Assembly (NCBI RefSeq): GCF_964213995.1
Contig: NW_027592246.1
Coordinates: 1-59,564 of the forward strand
Length of the DNA: 59,564 bases
Direction of reading: 5' to 3'
Origin: Mustelus asterias
Taxonomy: Eukaryota
Positions 37,505 through 50,572 of this stretch are shown piece after piece. The notes below the pieces were generated by a model that saw nothing but the letters and a program-made list of their open reading frames with translations, searched no databases and had not been told where the DNA came from. Position 1 is the stretch's first letter; each line of letters starts with the position of its first letter. The position numbers and the translations under genes were made by a program.

Positions 37505-37870
37505 TCCTGGAGACTCCAGTCCAACCCGGGAGAGTTGGTAACTGGGTCAGGCTCACAGCGCATGCGCCCTTCTGTACATTGTTCCTGTCACGATGGCGGC
37601 CGCTAACCCGGGCCTGGAGCCGCTCAGCTCCGACTCTATTCTGTACCAACTGAAGCGGGACCAGGAACATTTTATTCTGGATTGAAGCCTCTAGGGGATA
37701 TTTATGAAGCCTCCCAGCCCACTCCGCTGCTTCTATCCCTCCCCGGTCACCCAGCGGCTCCATTACTGAACCTCACTCCATTGTTTCTTTCCGGCTCCTC
37801 GCAGCTCCAGTCACAGTCCGGACTGCGCATGCTCCAGTCAGAGCCAGGTACCGCGTTTGCGCGGTGGATA
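37505..37870. promoter_or_regulatory. CpG-rich promoter-like segment
   Basis: GCGCATGCGC near 37558, GATGGCGGCCGC near 37592 and CTGCGCATGCTCCA near 37823. These are the same motif classes as in the other ZNF promoters. Lies upstream of the minus-strand relic and ZNF-F. Confidence 0.5.
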
Positions 37871-38024
37871 GGGCACATTCTCACCCGCAGAGAATGTTGG
37901 GTAATCACCCCGCCATTCACACTGGTTTTGTTAAATAGAAAATATGCTTTGCGATCTGAATATGATTGACAAATGTATTAAATCTATTCATGTGGAACTA
38001 AGGAGTAATATAGTAACTAAGGAC

Positions 38025-38325
38025 TGGGATGGCACTGTTGCAAGCACAGCTGTCTCACAGCGCCAGGGAACCAAGTTCAATTCCGGCCTCGGGTCACTGT
38101 CTCTGTGGACTTTGCATGTTCTCCCCGTGTCTGTGTGGGTTTCCTCCCACAGTCCAAAGATGTGCAGGTTAGGTTAATTGGCTATGCTAAAGTGCCCCTT
38201 AGTGTCAGGGGGATTAGCAGGGTGAATAGTTGGAGTTATGGGGATAGTGCATGGGTAGGATTGATGTCAGCAGAGACTTAATGGGCTGAATGGCCTCCTG
38301 TAGGAATTCTCTGAATCTATGAACA
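38025..38325 (+). mobile_element. Diverged V-SINE
   Basis: tRNA head remnant, V-core and tail. Confidence 0.75.
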
Positions 38326-39212
38326 TAGGGTCTCCACCACAGTTCGGTCCTGGGTCTGATTGACAACAGAACAAACATCTACAGTTAGAAGTGAATGCAT
38401 TGGAGTCTCAGCACGTTTTCCCCATAGACACAACAGTTAAACTGCCCCTTGTCAATAAGAATGCTGGCATTGGAGCAAATGCTTTGAGCTCTTAAAACCA
38501 GAGTGTTAGCCACTGAGGAAAACTAAGGAAATCCCTTTGTACATGTGAAGTGTCTGAGTGTTGGCCCCCTAGTCTAACTGTGCTGTTCTATCAGTAAATG
38601 AGATGACTGAGTGAATCCATGTGAAGGACAGTGTGTGTCAGAGTGCAGCAGTCCCTCAATGTCAGACTGGAGTGTCAGCCGAGATAATGTGCTCAGCTTG
38701 ATGAGTATTTCCTGTTGTTATTGATGTGGATCATTCAGAAACAATGGACTTATACTTTAAAAATGTCGAAAGACCATCTGAGCCAATTCCCATAAATCTT
38801 CAATTATAAACTAAAATAGACACGAGTTTCCGGGCGATTTAAAAACAAATGAACTGTCTGCTGAAAGGGTTAACTTTTCTACAGAACCTAAAGGGGTGGG
38901 GAGTGAGCAGCAAACACTTGGCACACAATTACATCACTTTACACAAGTTTAAAACAAAACAAATGGTTTTAAACTTCATCTATTATTGTTTTTGTTATAT
39001 TCCTCAATCTATTTAATTTGATCAGTTTTTGTTAGGGATGGGTAACTTCTGTTCTTTATAAACTGCTTCACTCATTTTGTTTATTCTACATGGGCTCAGA
39101 GAATCAGAACCCAGACTTTATCATCCTTATGCTTTTTCCCCTTTTGCCACCACTCCCACTGTTTTGCGGGAGGGTCGTGGGGTTTCCAATCAGAACTAAT
39201 CATTTTATCATA

Positions 39213-39390
39213 AAAGTTAAATACCGCGGATGCTGGAATCTGAAACAACAACAGAAAATGCTGGAAAAGCTCAGCAGGTCTGGCAGCATCTGTGGGGACA
39301 GAGTGGAGCCAATGTTTCAGGTATGGATGACCCTTCATAAGAGCTGTTATGAAGTGCCTTCCAGACTTGAAACCTTGGCTGTATCCTCTA
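39213..39390. mobile_element. PLE family 2 partial fold-back fragment
   Basis: Reverse terminal motif (gatgctggaatctgaaac..gctcagcaggtctggcagcatctg) followed by a short inverted arm. Confidence 0.6.
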
Positions 39391-40799
39391 ATAATTTTAT
39401 CGATAGGTTTCTTGTTCTTAGTTTCCAAATAGCAGGTAAGAGACTTGTCCAGTACCCACTCAAGCTCTGATTTTTCACTGGCTATGCTTGGGTCGGATTA
39501 TAACCATTAGAATCTACTCTGAGGTCTGCTTTTCAGTCCAGTGCTATTTGGAGTATACCGTTACTGCACCGACTAACGGGTCACATGTCCCTCACAGTTC
39601 TTATCACAAATTTGGGATAAAATAATTTAAACAATGCCTGAGAACGCTTTTTAACTTCTTAACCAACTATCTGCCACTGTTTGTTGATTGGTCAGACCTC
39701 CTGTTCACAGATTCGGGTATCTCAGCCGCTGAACACCAGCCGGTCCTGGAATAAGTTTAATTCTAACTCATTCTGAGTAAATATTCTCACCAGGTCCTCT
39801 GTCAGGACCCTGCTAAGCAGCTTCAATGGTCCGTGATTGCAGAATCTGAGCAGTCACAGGAATGTGGTCAAGATAGCCCAGTCCCATAATGCCTCACATT
39901 CAATCCGCAGTCCTTCAGTTATAACAGGATATGTGGCTGTATGTAGCTGCCTCGGCCACGATCAGCGCCAACACTGCCTTCCTGAACTGCTACAATGCCT
40001 GAGGTGTAAGTACACCCACAGTGCTGTTAGGGAGGGATTTCCAGCTACACATTCCAGACTTTCACTGGACTGTAGGTGGATATCAGATTGATATATTCCA
40101 TTCAACCACACCCAAGGTGAGTTATTCCAATTCCTTTATTGTCCAGGACAAAATATTCACAATATCTTTAAAACAGAAATTAAACATTCCCATTTGATTT
40201 CAGGTATTAACACATTCTGTTAGTTTGTTCTTTATTGTCAATGTCAGGCTGGGGTTGTTCCCCTTGGAGCAAAGGAGGTTGAGGGGAGATTTGATAGAGG
40301 TGGACAAGATTCTGACAGGTTTAGATAAGGTGGACAAAGAAAAGCTGTTCCCATTCGCTGATGAGACAAGGACGAGGGGGGTCACAGATTTATGGTTTTG
40401 GGTCAGAGATGCGGGGCGGGGGGAATGGGAGGAAGAATATTTTGATGCAGCGAATAGTAATGACCTGGAACACGCTGCCTACGAGGGTGGAGGAAGTGGA
40501 GACAATAAACAATTACAAAGGAAATTGGATGGGCTTCTGGGGGAGTTTCAAACAGAAATGCTGACTAAATAACTCTGAACTTCCTCACACCCTGTCACTC
40601 TGTGATCCTTGTGAAATTTAAAACCAGGTATTCGCAACAAGACTCAAAGAGCATCAGCCCATTGGAGGCAAAGTTGTGAGACCGGCCAGTCCAGCAGAAA
40701 GAAACCCTCCGACCCTCCCCATTGACCAACTGTGAGAATGAACAAAATACAGTCCTGGATGTAATTGAGAGCAGAAACAATAACAGCAGAATCCAACCC

Positions 40800-41720
40800 C
40801 TGTGAACTTGTTGGTGCCTCAGCAGCTGTGATGAAATTCTGAACCCTTTTTATACACTGAGCAGGTTGACGGTTTCTCCCCAGTGTAAACTCACTGATGT
40901 CTCAACAGGTGGGATAACTGAGTGAATTCCTTCCCACACTGAGAGCAGGTGAATGGCCTCTCCCCATGTGAACTCGCTGGTGTCTCTGCAGGTTGGATGA
41001 ACGAGCGAAACCCTTCCCACACTGAGAGCAGGTGAACGGCCTCTCCCCGCTGTGAATGCGCTGATGTGTCCGCAGGACGGATGACCGAGTGAATCCCTTC
41101 CCACACTGAGAGCAGGTGAACGGCCTCTCCCCGCTGTGAATGCGCTGATGTGTCCGCAGGTCGGATGACCGAGCGAATCTCTTCCCACACTGAGAGCAGG
41201 TGAATGGCCTCTCCCCAGTGTGAACTCGCTGGTGTCTCTGCAAAGTGGATGACAAGGTGAATCCCTTTCCACACTGAGAGCAGGTGTACGGCCTCTCCCC
41301 AGTATGAACGCGTTGATGTGTCTGCAGGTCGGATAACCGAGTGAATCCCTTTCCACACTGAGAGCAGGTGAATGGCCTCACCCCAGTGTGAATTCGCTGG
41401 TGTGTCCATAGATTGGATAACTGGTTGAATCCCTTCCCACACTGAGGGCAGGTGAACGGCCTCTCCCCAGTGTGAATTCGCTGGTGTCTCTGCAAAGTGG
41501 ATGACACAGTGAATCACTTTCCACACTGAGAACAGGTGAACGGTCTCTCTCCAGTGTGAACTCGCTTGTGTGTCTGCAGGTGGGGGAACCGAATGAATCC
41601 CTCCCCACACTCAGAGCAGATGAATGGCCTCTCCCCAGTGTGGTTGCGCCGATGAGCATCCAGCAGAGAGGGGTATCTGTATCTCTTCCCACAGTCTGCA
41701 CATTTCCATGGTTTCTCCAT
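40800..41720 (-). pseudogene. ZNF-G: disrupted C2H2 array (about 11 finger units)
   Basis: [10 protein letters not shown] at 41720. GGA>TGA at 41514-41516 in finger 3, a 1-nt frameshift near 40966, and the normal stop region is deleted near 40800. Confidence 0.85.
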
Positions 41721-42479
41721 GGTGCAGGTGTCCTTGCCTCTCCCTAGGGTGGCCAATCAGTTGAAGCCTTGTCCACACACAGAACACGGGTACAGTCTCT
41801 CCCCGCTGTGAATGGTGTGATATTTATTCAGGCTGTGTAACTGGTTAAAGCTCTTCAGTCAGTGCACTGGAACACTCTCACTTGAATGTGGAAGTGTGTT
41901 GGTACTTTTCCAGTCACATTAATGTTTGAAATCTTTTCAAATCTTCCAGATTCAATGGCCGATGATATTCAGGTCCCAAGGAATATGACTCTGCCAGATC
42001 TAGACGTGACGTTTGAGATTTTAGCCTGTGATTCCTCTTTCAATATCCTGCAAAACAAGTTGACACAAGTCATCACTGTCAGTACAGGATCGAAATTCAG
42101 AACAGACAATTCCAGTTTCTATGGAACATTCTTTCCTCTCTCATTCCCCAAAAGCTGTAAATCTCCATCCCACACACTCTCCCTCCATTCTCACTCTGCT
42201 GTATCGAATATTCACCCTCCCAATTCTCCTGAAGGTGCTGATTGACGCTGATTGACAGATCCATGCTCACTGCTTCCTGTCCTGGACACAGAGAGCTGGA
42301 AATCTCCATGCAGGCTGCCAGACAGATATATGCCCATATGACTGGACTAAAAAATGTGTGGAATATACAGACTGGATTCACTTTCTTACCCTTCAGTTGC
42401 TGCAAGTCCCCAATTTCCCCCAGAATGAGAAAAGAAATGGAAAGGGGGAAACATTGATTTCCTCCCAGATGTTGCCCAG

Positions 42480-42965
42480 AGGAGGAAGTTTCAATCATTG
42501 GCCAACTTCCGCATTGTGACGGCACAATGGAACATCGCCTGAATTAGCCAATAGGAATAAGTCTGTTCCCATGTGACGTCCTGTGGTTCCAGTGCGCAGG
42601 CCCGGGCGAACGTCCACGGGAGCCCCGCCCCCACCCATTGTTCCCCTCCCCCTGCACCAGATCCAGCCAAGGTTTCCAGGCAACCGGCTGACGGCTCCGG
42701 CCAGAGCGAGAAGCCGCTCGGTGATCTCCCCCCCACCCCCCCCCCCCTCTCTCTACGGCGGCTGCTGCTCCAAAAAGAGATCGAGAGCGACCGCTGGCGG
42801 CAGCCGCACTGCGCCTGCTCCGGACAGCTCGGCTCAGCAGCGCTCTCTGCGCCTGCGTGCTGGGCTGCCAGCTGAGGGAGTGGGGGAGGGGACTTTGCAA
42901 AATCTCTTCCCATCATTTTCTTCCAAGTCCCGCAGTTTGATTTGAAACAGAACAGCTTCTGTTTG
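42480..42965. promoter_or_regulatory. CpG-rich bidirectional promoter (type B-like) upstream of ZNF-G
   Basis: ACTTCCG, TGACGTC, CCAAT and GC box. The 42240-42730 segment is duplicated at about 49860-50345. The plus-arm exon ends at CAACATCT|GTGAGG, 44305. Confidence 0.7.
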
Positions 42966-42968
42966 TAG

Positions 42969-44286
42969 CTTCATCACAGACTCAAACTTCACCACAGACT
43001 CCAACTTCACCACAGACTCAAACTTCACCACAGACTCAAACTTCACACACAGATTCCAACTTCACCACAGACTCAAACTTCACCACAGACTCAAACTTCA
43101 CCACAGACTCAAACTTCACCACAGACTCAAACTTCACACACAGACTCCAACTTCACACACAGACTCCAACTTCACCACAGACTCAAACTTCACACACAGA
43201 CTCAAACTTCACACACAGACTCCAACTTCACCACAGACTCAAACTTCACACACAGACTCAAACTTCACACACAGACTCAAACTTCACCACAGACTCAAAC
43301 TTCACCACAGACTCAAACTTCACACACAGACTCAAACTTCACACACAGACTCAAACTTCACCACAGACTCAAACTTCACCACAGACTCAAACTTCACACA
43401 CAGACTCAAACTTCACACACAGACTCAAACTTCACACACAGACTCAAACTTCACCACAGACTCAAACTTCACCACAGACTCAACCTTCACCACAGACTCA
43501 AACTTCACCACAGACGCAAACTTCACACACAGACTCAAACTTCACCACAGACTCAAACTTCACACACAGACTCAAACTTCACACACAGACTCAAACTTCA
43601 CACACAGACTCAAACTTCACACACAGACTCAAACTTCACACACAGACTCAAACTTCACACACAGACTCAAACTTCACACACAGACTCAAACTTCACCACA
43701 GACTCAAACTTCACAGACTCAAACTTCACACACAGACTCAAATTTCACACACAGACTCAAACTTCACACAGACTCAAACTTCACACACAGACTCAAACTT
43801 CACACACAGACTCAAACTTCACACACAGACTCAAACTTCACCACAGACTCAAACTTCACACACAGACTCAAACTTCACCACAGACTCAAACTTCACCACA
43901 GACTCAAACTTCACCACAGACTCAAACTTCACCACAGACCCAAACTTCACACACAGACTCAAACTTCACCACAGACTCAAACTTCACACACAGACTCAAA
44001 CTTCACACACAGACTCAAACTTCACCACAGACTCAAACTTCACACACAGACTCAAACTTCACACACAGACTCAAACTTCACACACAGACTCAAATTTCAC
44101 ACACAGACTCAAACTTCACACACAGACTCAAACTTCACACACAGACTCAAACTTCACCACAGACTCAAACTTCACCACAGACTCAAACTTCACACACAGA
44201 CTCAAACTTCACACACAGACTCAAACTTCACACACAGACTCAAACTTCACACACAGACTCAAACTTCACACACAGACTCAAACTTC
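42969..44286 (+). repeat. Minisatellite of about 1.3 kb with interspersed 18-bp and 19-bp units
   Basis: Units CCACAGACTCAAACTTCA (18) and CACACAGACTCAAACTTCA (19), roughly 70 copies, with few substitutions. Confidence 0.97.
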
Positions 44287-45154
44287 ATCCTCTGGACAAC
44301 ATCTGTGAGGAAAACACTTTCTTTCTCCCCCTGGGAAACACAGAGACAGAGAAATTCTCTGGAACTAGAATTAGAGCCAAATATACTGAGGGGGAAATGT
44401 TTGTGATTTTGTGAAACCTGTTTTTGTTGTCTGAGCTGACTGGAATTAGAGCCAGAGCAGGAGTAATCCAGGAGAATGATTTGGAGATAAAGCAAAATCC
44501 TGCAGATGCTGGAGTTCTGAAAAGAACCGACCTGCTGAGTTTATCCAGCATTTTCTCTATTTATTATAATGATTTTGTTACCTGGGTTTGAATCCCACCA
44601 CGGTTCAATAAAAATATTGATGAGCATGAATTAATTGTTGTAAAAACACATCTGCTTCTCTAATGCCCTTTAAGGAAGGAAATCTGCCGCCCTGATCCAG
44701 TCTAACCGACATGTGACTGGATTCACAGACAATTCAAGGGCTGACTGGGTAAACAGGGAATGTCACCATCAGAAAAACAGAGAATGTCACCATCAGAAAA
44801 ACAGAGCCCCCTGGAGGGCAGAAGGGTTAGGACAGGTTATGGAGAAGGTTAAAACTGTCATCATTGAGAACAACACAGACTTTAACAGAACAACTGGTCC
44901 CAAAAACAATCTCTTGTAGTTGGTGTGGCAGGGTGTGGTGAATCAGGTTTAAAAAGAGTCAAATTATATATGTTTTCTAGTTTGGACAATCACATTTAAA
45001 TCTGTAACTCAGATGAGGATATGAATTGGTGTTTGGTGGTAAGATCTAAACCTGTGTATTATGCCTGGAAGCCTTAAACCCAGAGTGAGAATATTTCAAA
45101 CCAGGGTTCAAAATAAACGGCTGTGGAGGGTGAATTCACTCTCAAAAGAAAACA

Positions 45155-45610
45155 AAGAAAATTACAGCACAGGAACATCCCTTCGACCCTCCAAGCCTGC
45201 ACCAACCACGCTGCCCGACAGAACTGAAACCCCCTACCCTTCTGGGGATCATGTCCCTCCGTTCCCATCCTATTCATGTACTTGTCAAGACGCCCCTTAA
45301 AAGTCACTATTGTATCTGCTTCCACTATCTCCCCCGGCAGCGAGTTCCAGGCACCCACCACCCTCTGGGTAAAAAAACTATCAGGTCTCCCCTCAACCTG
45401 CGTCGTTCCAGTGAGAACAAACCAAGTTTCTCCAACCTCTCCTCATAGCTAATGCCCTCCATGCCAGGCAACATCCTGGTAGATCTTTTCTGTACCCTCT
45501 CCACCCTCTCTAAAGCCTCCACATCTTTCTGGTAGTGTGGCGACCAGAATTGAACACTGTATTCCAAGTGCGGCCTAACTGAGGTTCTATAAAGCTGCAA
45601 CATGACTTGC
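45155..45610 (-). mobile_element. CR1-clade LINE 3' fragment with internal deletion
   Basis: Peptides LYRTSVRPHLEYSVQFWSP..RRLRGDLI and VGAWNSLPGEIVEA. Confidence 0.85.
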
Positions 45611-46881
45611 CAAAAGGCCCGCAGAAATTATGTCTTGGGAGGAACTACTGGAAGAAAATAAATCATCCTGTACATGGGAGAGACAGAAACTGTGAGGACC
45701 ATCTCCTCCAATCACAGATTCTGTCTCTCCCGGTGTTGCTACATCTGCAGAGACAGAGTCTCAAACTGGAGGAACAGCTTTGCCACCTATTTTGAGAAAA
45801 GAAGTTCACTGACTCAGCAGCCTATCGGTGATGTGTGGAGGAGTTGTGTCTTCCTGCTACAGAACTAGTTTCATAGCAGTGTGAGCCTCAAAAGGAATGA
45901 TCCAACCATCGGCAGACCTTTCCTCATTCTGCTGAACAAGTTTCGATTATTTTTATATATCTCAGGAGGTGGGGTGTACAGCTCAGGAATTTGAGTAAAC
46001 AGATATTGTGAACGTACTTACAATCACTTGGGTCGTCACATTAGAAATTGAGATCCATTCATCCAGGTTCATATTCTAAACTGCTTTTATTTGCAGTTTA
46101 ACGTTCACAGACAACATACAGAATCCCCGGTCAGAGCTGATCTCAGCTGGTGTAGTGAGGTTATTGATGGGTTATCAATGTAAATCCACACACAATGAAG
46201 ATCAGAATCGGGAGAGATTTTTCCTGCTCCACCGTCTGAACCAGTAAACATCTGATTCAGTTACCTTGTGTCAAATAGTTAGAATTCTCATTTTGGAAAG
46301 AGAGTATGGGAGTATTTTTAAAATAAGTTAACAAAAAATATCATTCATAGATTCCAATTTAAAAGATTTAATATATACACAGTCTTCAGTATTTGTGCTA
46401 TCTTATTCAAAGAAGTAAACTAACAGAAACACAAAAGGTAATGTTACTACGTGACTACATCACTAATAAAGGAGTTACTGAGAATGGAAAACGATCCCCT
46501 GGAAACCAAAAAATAGCCCTTAAAAATCAAAGAGCAGCTTTCCAGAAAATCACAATACAAGCATTGAAAATAAATACTTTGTGCCCTGCAGATGGATCTT
46601 TCAGAGAATGAATTGTAGATTTTGCCCAAAGATCAAATTAGAATTGAAGCACAAGTTCTTAACTTTATTCTAAACAGGTTCCTGTTGAGAGTTCTTCAAT
46701 TAAGGGGGAAGATCACTGGTGGTGCTTTTAAAAAGTGGCATTGCAGCCCTGAAAATCAGTGACACTTCCAGAATATTAAATTCCAGCTAGTTATAGGGTT
46801 TGTTAACATCAGCAGAAATAAAATATTGTCAGACTGTCAATACTGAACAGCAGCAAAAACAGCAAAATCCAACCCCTGCAG

Positions 46882-47469
46882 TCACTTGTGAACTTGTTGA
46901 TGTCTCAGGAGCCATTGTGACTGAGTGAATCCCTTCCCACACACAGAGCAGTTGAATGGCCTCTTAGTGTGAGTGCGTTGGTGAGCCAGCAGGTTGAAAG
47001 ACTTTGCGAATCCCTTCCCACACACGGAGCAAGTGAATGGCCTCTCCCCTGTGTGAACTCGCTGGTGAGCAGAGAGGTTGGATGACCGATTGAATACCTT
47101 CCCACATACGGAGCAGATGAATGGTCTCTCCCCAGTATGAACTCGCTGGTGTGACAGCAGGTGGAATGACTGAGTGAATCCCTTCCCACACACGGAGCAG
47201 ATGAATGGTCTCTCCCCGGTGTGAGTGTGTTGGTGCACAGTGAGTGCTGAAGAATGCCTGAACCTCTTCCCACAGGAGGTGCAGGTGAATGGCTTTTCCT
47301 CAGTGTGAATTCTCTGGTGAGACCAAAGGCCAGATGACTGAATGAATCCCTCCCCACAGACAGAACAGGTGAACGGTTTCTCACCAGTGTGACTGCGCCG
47401 ATGATTTTCCAGCAGGGAAGGGTAACTGAATCCTTTCCCACAGTCCCCACATTTCCACGGTTTCTCCAT
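46882..47469 (-). CDS. ZNF-H: C2H2 array protein, 7 fingers
   Basis: 195-aa [13 protein letters not shown]...HQQVHK. Upstream region is paralogous to ZNF-A. Confidence 0.9.
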   Translation of the reverse strand: MEKPWKCGDCGKGFSYPSLLENHRRSHTGEKPFTCSVCGEGFIQSSGLWSHQRIHTEEKPFTCTSCGKRFRHSSALTVHQHTHTGERPFICSVCGKGFTQSFHLLSHQRVHTGERPFICSVCGKVFNRSSNLSAHQRVHTGERPFTCSVCGKGFAKSFNLLAHQRTHTKRPFNCSVCGKGFTQSQWLLRHQQVHK

Positions 47470-48026
47470 GATACTGGTGTCCTTATGTTTCTCCAGGTTA
47501 AACGATCAGTTGAAGCCTCATCCACACACAGAACATGTGTACAGTTTCTCCTTGCTGTGAATGGTGTGATGTTTTTTAAGGCTGTGTAACTGGATAAAGC
47601 TCTTTCCACAGTCAACTCACTGAAACAGTCTCACTCGGGTGTGCGTGTATCTTGGTGCTTTTTCAGTCACACTGATGTTTGAAATCTTCTCCTCCAGACA
47701 GAAGACAAACATTTCTCCTTCCACGTTCAAAGTCTGAGGATATTTAAGTCCAAGTGAATCGAGACTCTGTCTGATTTTGATGTGATGTTTCTTCACCTCA
47801 CCTGTAAAAGGAGTTTACAAAATTAATCACTGTCAGTCCAGGATAGAAATTTTGAACAGGCAATTCTAATTCTCTGGAAAATTTCTTCCTCTCTTGTTCC
47901 CCAAATCAATAAATTCCTGTCCCACAAACTCTCCCTCCTCCCTGGGCTGAAATCCAAACCCATCTCACCATTTCTTTTCTCCACTCCCAGTTTGCTCCCT
48001 CCCTCTCCTCTGTCTGGGTTCAGTTC

Positions 48027-48194
48027 TGATGTGGAGATGCCGGCGTTGGACTGGGGTGAACACAGTAAGAGTTTTAACAACACCAGGTTAAAGTCCAACA
48101 GGTTTATTTGGTAGCAAACACCTAATGGTAGCTAATGGCATTTGCTACCAAATAAACCTGTTGGACTTTAACCTGGTGTTGTTAAAACTCTTAT
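48027..48194. mobile_element. Small fold-back PLE family 1 insertion with 12-13-bp TSD
   Basis: Inverted terminal arms. TGGGTTCAGTTC(T) at 48015 and 48195. Confidence 0.85.
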
Positions 48195-48772
48195 TGGGTT
48201 CAGTTCTCCAGCTGCTGTCTGCAGACTGACAATAAAACCAATGGGTCTGATTGGGGGTGTTGGGGCCTCCAGCGGGTGTTTGTGAATCCTCCCCGCCCAC
48301 CTCCCAGGGTTTCCTTCCTTCCCAGAGATCAGAGTCCTCATTGATTTGAGGCCAAAGTGTAACCTCTTATTTATTGTCCCCCTCCCCCATCCTCTGATGT
48401 GAACCATCCTCCAGTGGCTGAGCCAGGATGGGGCCGTTAACCTGGGCCTGTTCCCGGGAGGGAGGGAGGGAGAAGCCCCGCAGCTGCAAACCAGGGAGCT
48501 GACAATGATTCTGAAGGGTTTGCGGATCCACAAAGTGTTTCCAAATCCTCCCAGCCACCGCCTAACGCTGACTCCGCTTCTCCGGGACAAACAAGCGCCA
48601 AGGACAGCAATGACACTGCGCATGCTTCACATCACATGCCCGGGCACTGATTGACGGCAGCGCCGGACCAATAGGAAGAGGGGGCGGGGCTGGAGGACCG
48701 AGCTGGAGCAGCTGGTCCTCCAACCAATCGGTGTGAATGAGGGGCGGGACCTGAAGCATGCGCAGTGCGGGT

Positions 48773-48858
48773 GAACCAGATAAACCTGTTGGACTTTAAC
48801 CTGGTGTTGTTTGACTTGTTGCTGTGTTTACCCCAGTCCAAAGCCGGCATCTCCACAT
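48773..48858 (+). mobile_element. 86-bp PLE family 1 terminal insertion with 10-bp TSD
   Basis: CAGTGCGGGT at 48763-48772 and 48859-48868. The paralogous site at 4779-4788 is empty. Confidence 0.85.
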
Positions 48859-49130
48859 CAGTGCGGGTAATGGCGATGGACGGCCGGTTTTAGTTTGGAA
48901 GCGAGAGCAATACGAGGTAGAGGGCGGCGTGCGGGGAATGATAAATGTGGCGGGTGGGTGGAGAGGCTTTGTAAACATGTTGTTCAAACCCAAACCCCGG
49001 ACAAGAACTTCCCGGTCCCCCGCTTTGTACCAAATGGAGCGGCAGCTTGTAGTGTTAGACCCGGGCTGACTGCCGCCATTGAGGCTGCATGTGGGAGGCC
49101 GGCAGGGATTGTGATCGGAGAGTGAAGCCC

Positions 49131-49268
49131 TGACGTCACAATGGAATGGGTGAGGGTGTGACGTCACAATGGAATGGGTGAGGGTGTGACGTCACAATGG
49201 AATGGGTGAGGGTGTGAGGTCACAATGGAATGGGTGAGGGTGTGATGTCACAATGGAATGGGTGAGGG
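49131..49268 (+). repeat. Five 28-bp tandem units, each starting with a CRE or CRE variant
   Basis: TGACGTCACAATGGAATGGGTGAGGGTG at 49131, 49159 and 49187, with variants at 49215 (TGAGGTCA) and 49243 (TGATGTCA). Confidence 0.92.
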
Positions 49269-49317
49269 TTCCAGATGAGCTGAGACTGGGCTGGAGTCGG
49301 GCGATGACACTGACATG

Positions 49318-49860
49318 TGGCCCGGTGGCACAGTGGTTAGTGCAGCTGCCTAACAGCGCCAGGGACCCGGGTTCAATTCCAGCCTCGGGTCACTGTCTGT
49401 GCAGAGTTTCTACATTCTCCCCGTGTCTGTGTGGGTTTCTTCCGGATGTTCCGGTTTTCCTTCCACAGTCCAAAGATGTGCCGGCGTTGGACTGGGGTAA
49501 GCACAGTAAGTAATCTCACAACACCAGGTTAAAATCCAACAGGTTTATTTGGTAGCACAAGCCACAAGCTTTCAGAGCGCTGCCCCTTCATCAGGTGAGT
49601 GGGAGTTCTGTTCACAAACAGGGCATATAAAGACACAAACTCAATTTACAAGATAATGGTTGGAATACGAGTCTTCAAACATAATCAAGTCTTAAAGGTA
49701 CAGACAATGAGAGTGGAGAGAGGGTTAAGCACAGGTTCAAGAGATGTGTATTGTCTCCAGCCAGGACAGTTAGTGAGATTTTGCAAAGCCAGGCAAGTCG
49801 TGGGGGTTACAGATAGTGTGACATGAACCCAAGATCCCGTTTGAGGCCATCCTCATGTGT
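49318..49860. mobile_element. V-SINE 5' half (+, about 49318-49478) joined to a PLE family 1 3' end (-, about 49476-49860)
   Basis: The SINE stops at cagtccaaagatgtg and is followed by the reverse PLE terminus, homologous to 35270-35625. Hammerhead-like CTGATGA..GAAA on - at 49561-49603. Confidence 0.8.
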
Positions 49861-50089
49861 GATTGACAGATCCATGCTCACTGCTTCTTGCCCTGGATGC
49901 AGAGAGCTGAAAATTTCCATGCAGGCTGCCAGACAGATAAATGTCTACATTACTGGAGTAAAAATGTGTGGAATATACAGACCGAATTCACTTCATTTCC
50001 TTCAGTTGCTGCAAGTCCCCAACTTCCCCCAGAATGAGGAAAGAAATGGAAAGGGGGAAACATTGATTTCCTCCCAGATGTTGAACAGA

Positions 50090-50572
50090 GGAGGAAGTTT
50101 CACTCTGAAGCTCATTGGACAACTTCCGTATTGTGACGTCACAATAGAGCCCTGCCTGAATCAGCCAATAGAAATCACTCTGCTCCGGGGTGACGTCTCC
50201 GGGTTCCAGTGCGCAGGCCCGGGCGCGCGGACCCAGGAGCCCCGCCCCCACCCATTGTTCCCCTTCCCCTGCACCTCCTTGAACCAAGGTTTCCAGGCAA
50301 CCGGCTGACGGCTCCGGCAAGAGCGAGAAGCCGCTCAGTGAGCTCTCCCGCCCCCCGGCCCAGGACTACACATGTGCGAGGGAGAGGGGAAGCTGCGCAT
50401 GTGCGGGGGAGAACCCACCCTCTGATCTTCATGCTGAGGTGTTGACCAATGGGAAGAGTTGGAGGACCGGAAGGACTCTGGTCTTCCAGCCAATCAGAGC
50501 GTGGGCTTTGTGTGAATGATGATTGATTTTCAGACAGACTCAAACTTCCTCCTGTCTCAAACATCTGTGAGT
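50090..50572. promoter_or_regulatory. Type B promoter and first exon for ZNF-I (+)
   Basis: ACTTCCG next to TGACGTCA (about 50122-50141), CCAAT boxes, GC box and TGCGCATGTGCG. Exon ends at AACATCT|GTGAGT, 50567. Confidence 0.7.

Larger units (their letters stand above)
47880..49312. promoter_or_regulatory. Duplicate of the type A promoter and intron (partner about 3910-5180)
   Basis: Near-identical to 4210-5040 (compare ORFs 4382..4573 and 48367..48558). Carries its own PLE inserts and a five-copy CRE repeat. Confidence 0.85.

Noticed and set aside
42969-44286. Long regular repeat resembling a CRISPR array or a coding repeat (VVKFES)
   Set aside because: There are no unique spacers and no cas genes, and the context is eukaryotic. 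The 19-bp units break any reading frame.
44740-46700. Protein-like short ORFs (44713..44919, 45674..45868, 46393..46611) suggesting a decayed gene
   Set aside because: No recognisable domain and many stops. Cannot be assigned without a translated homology search.
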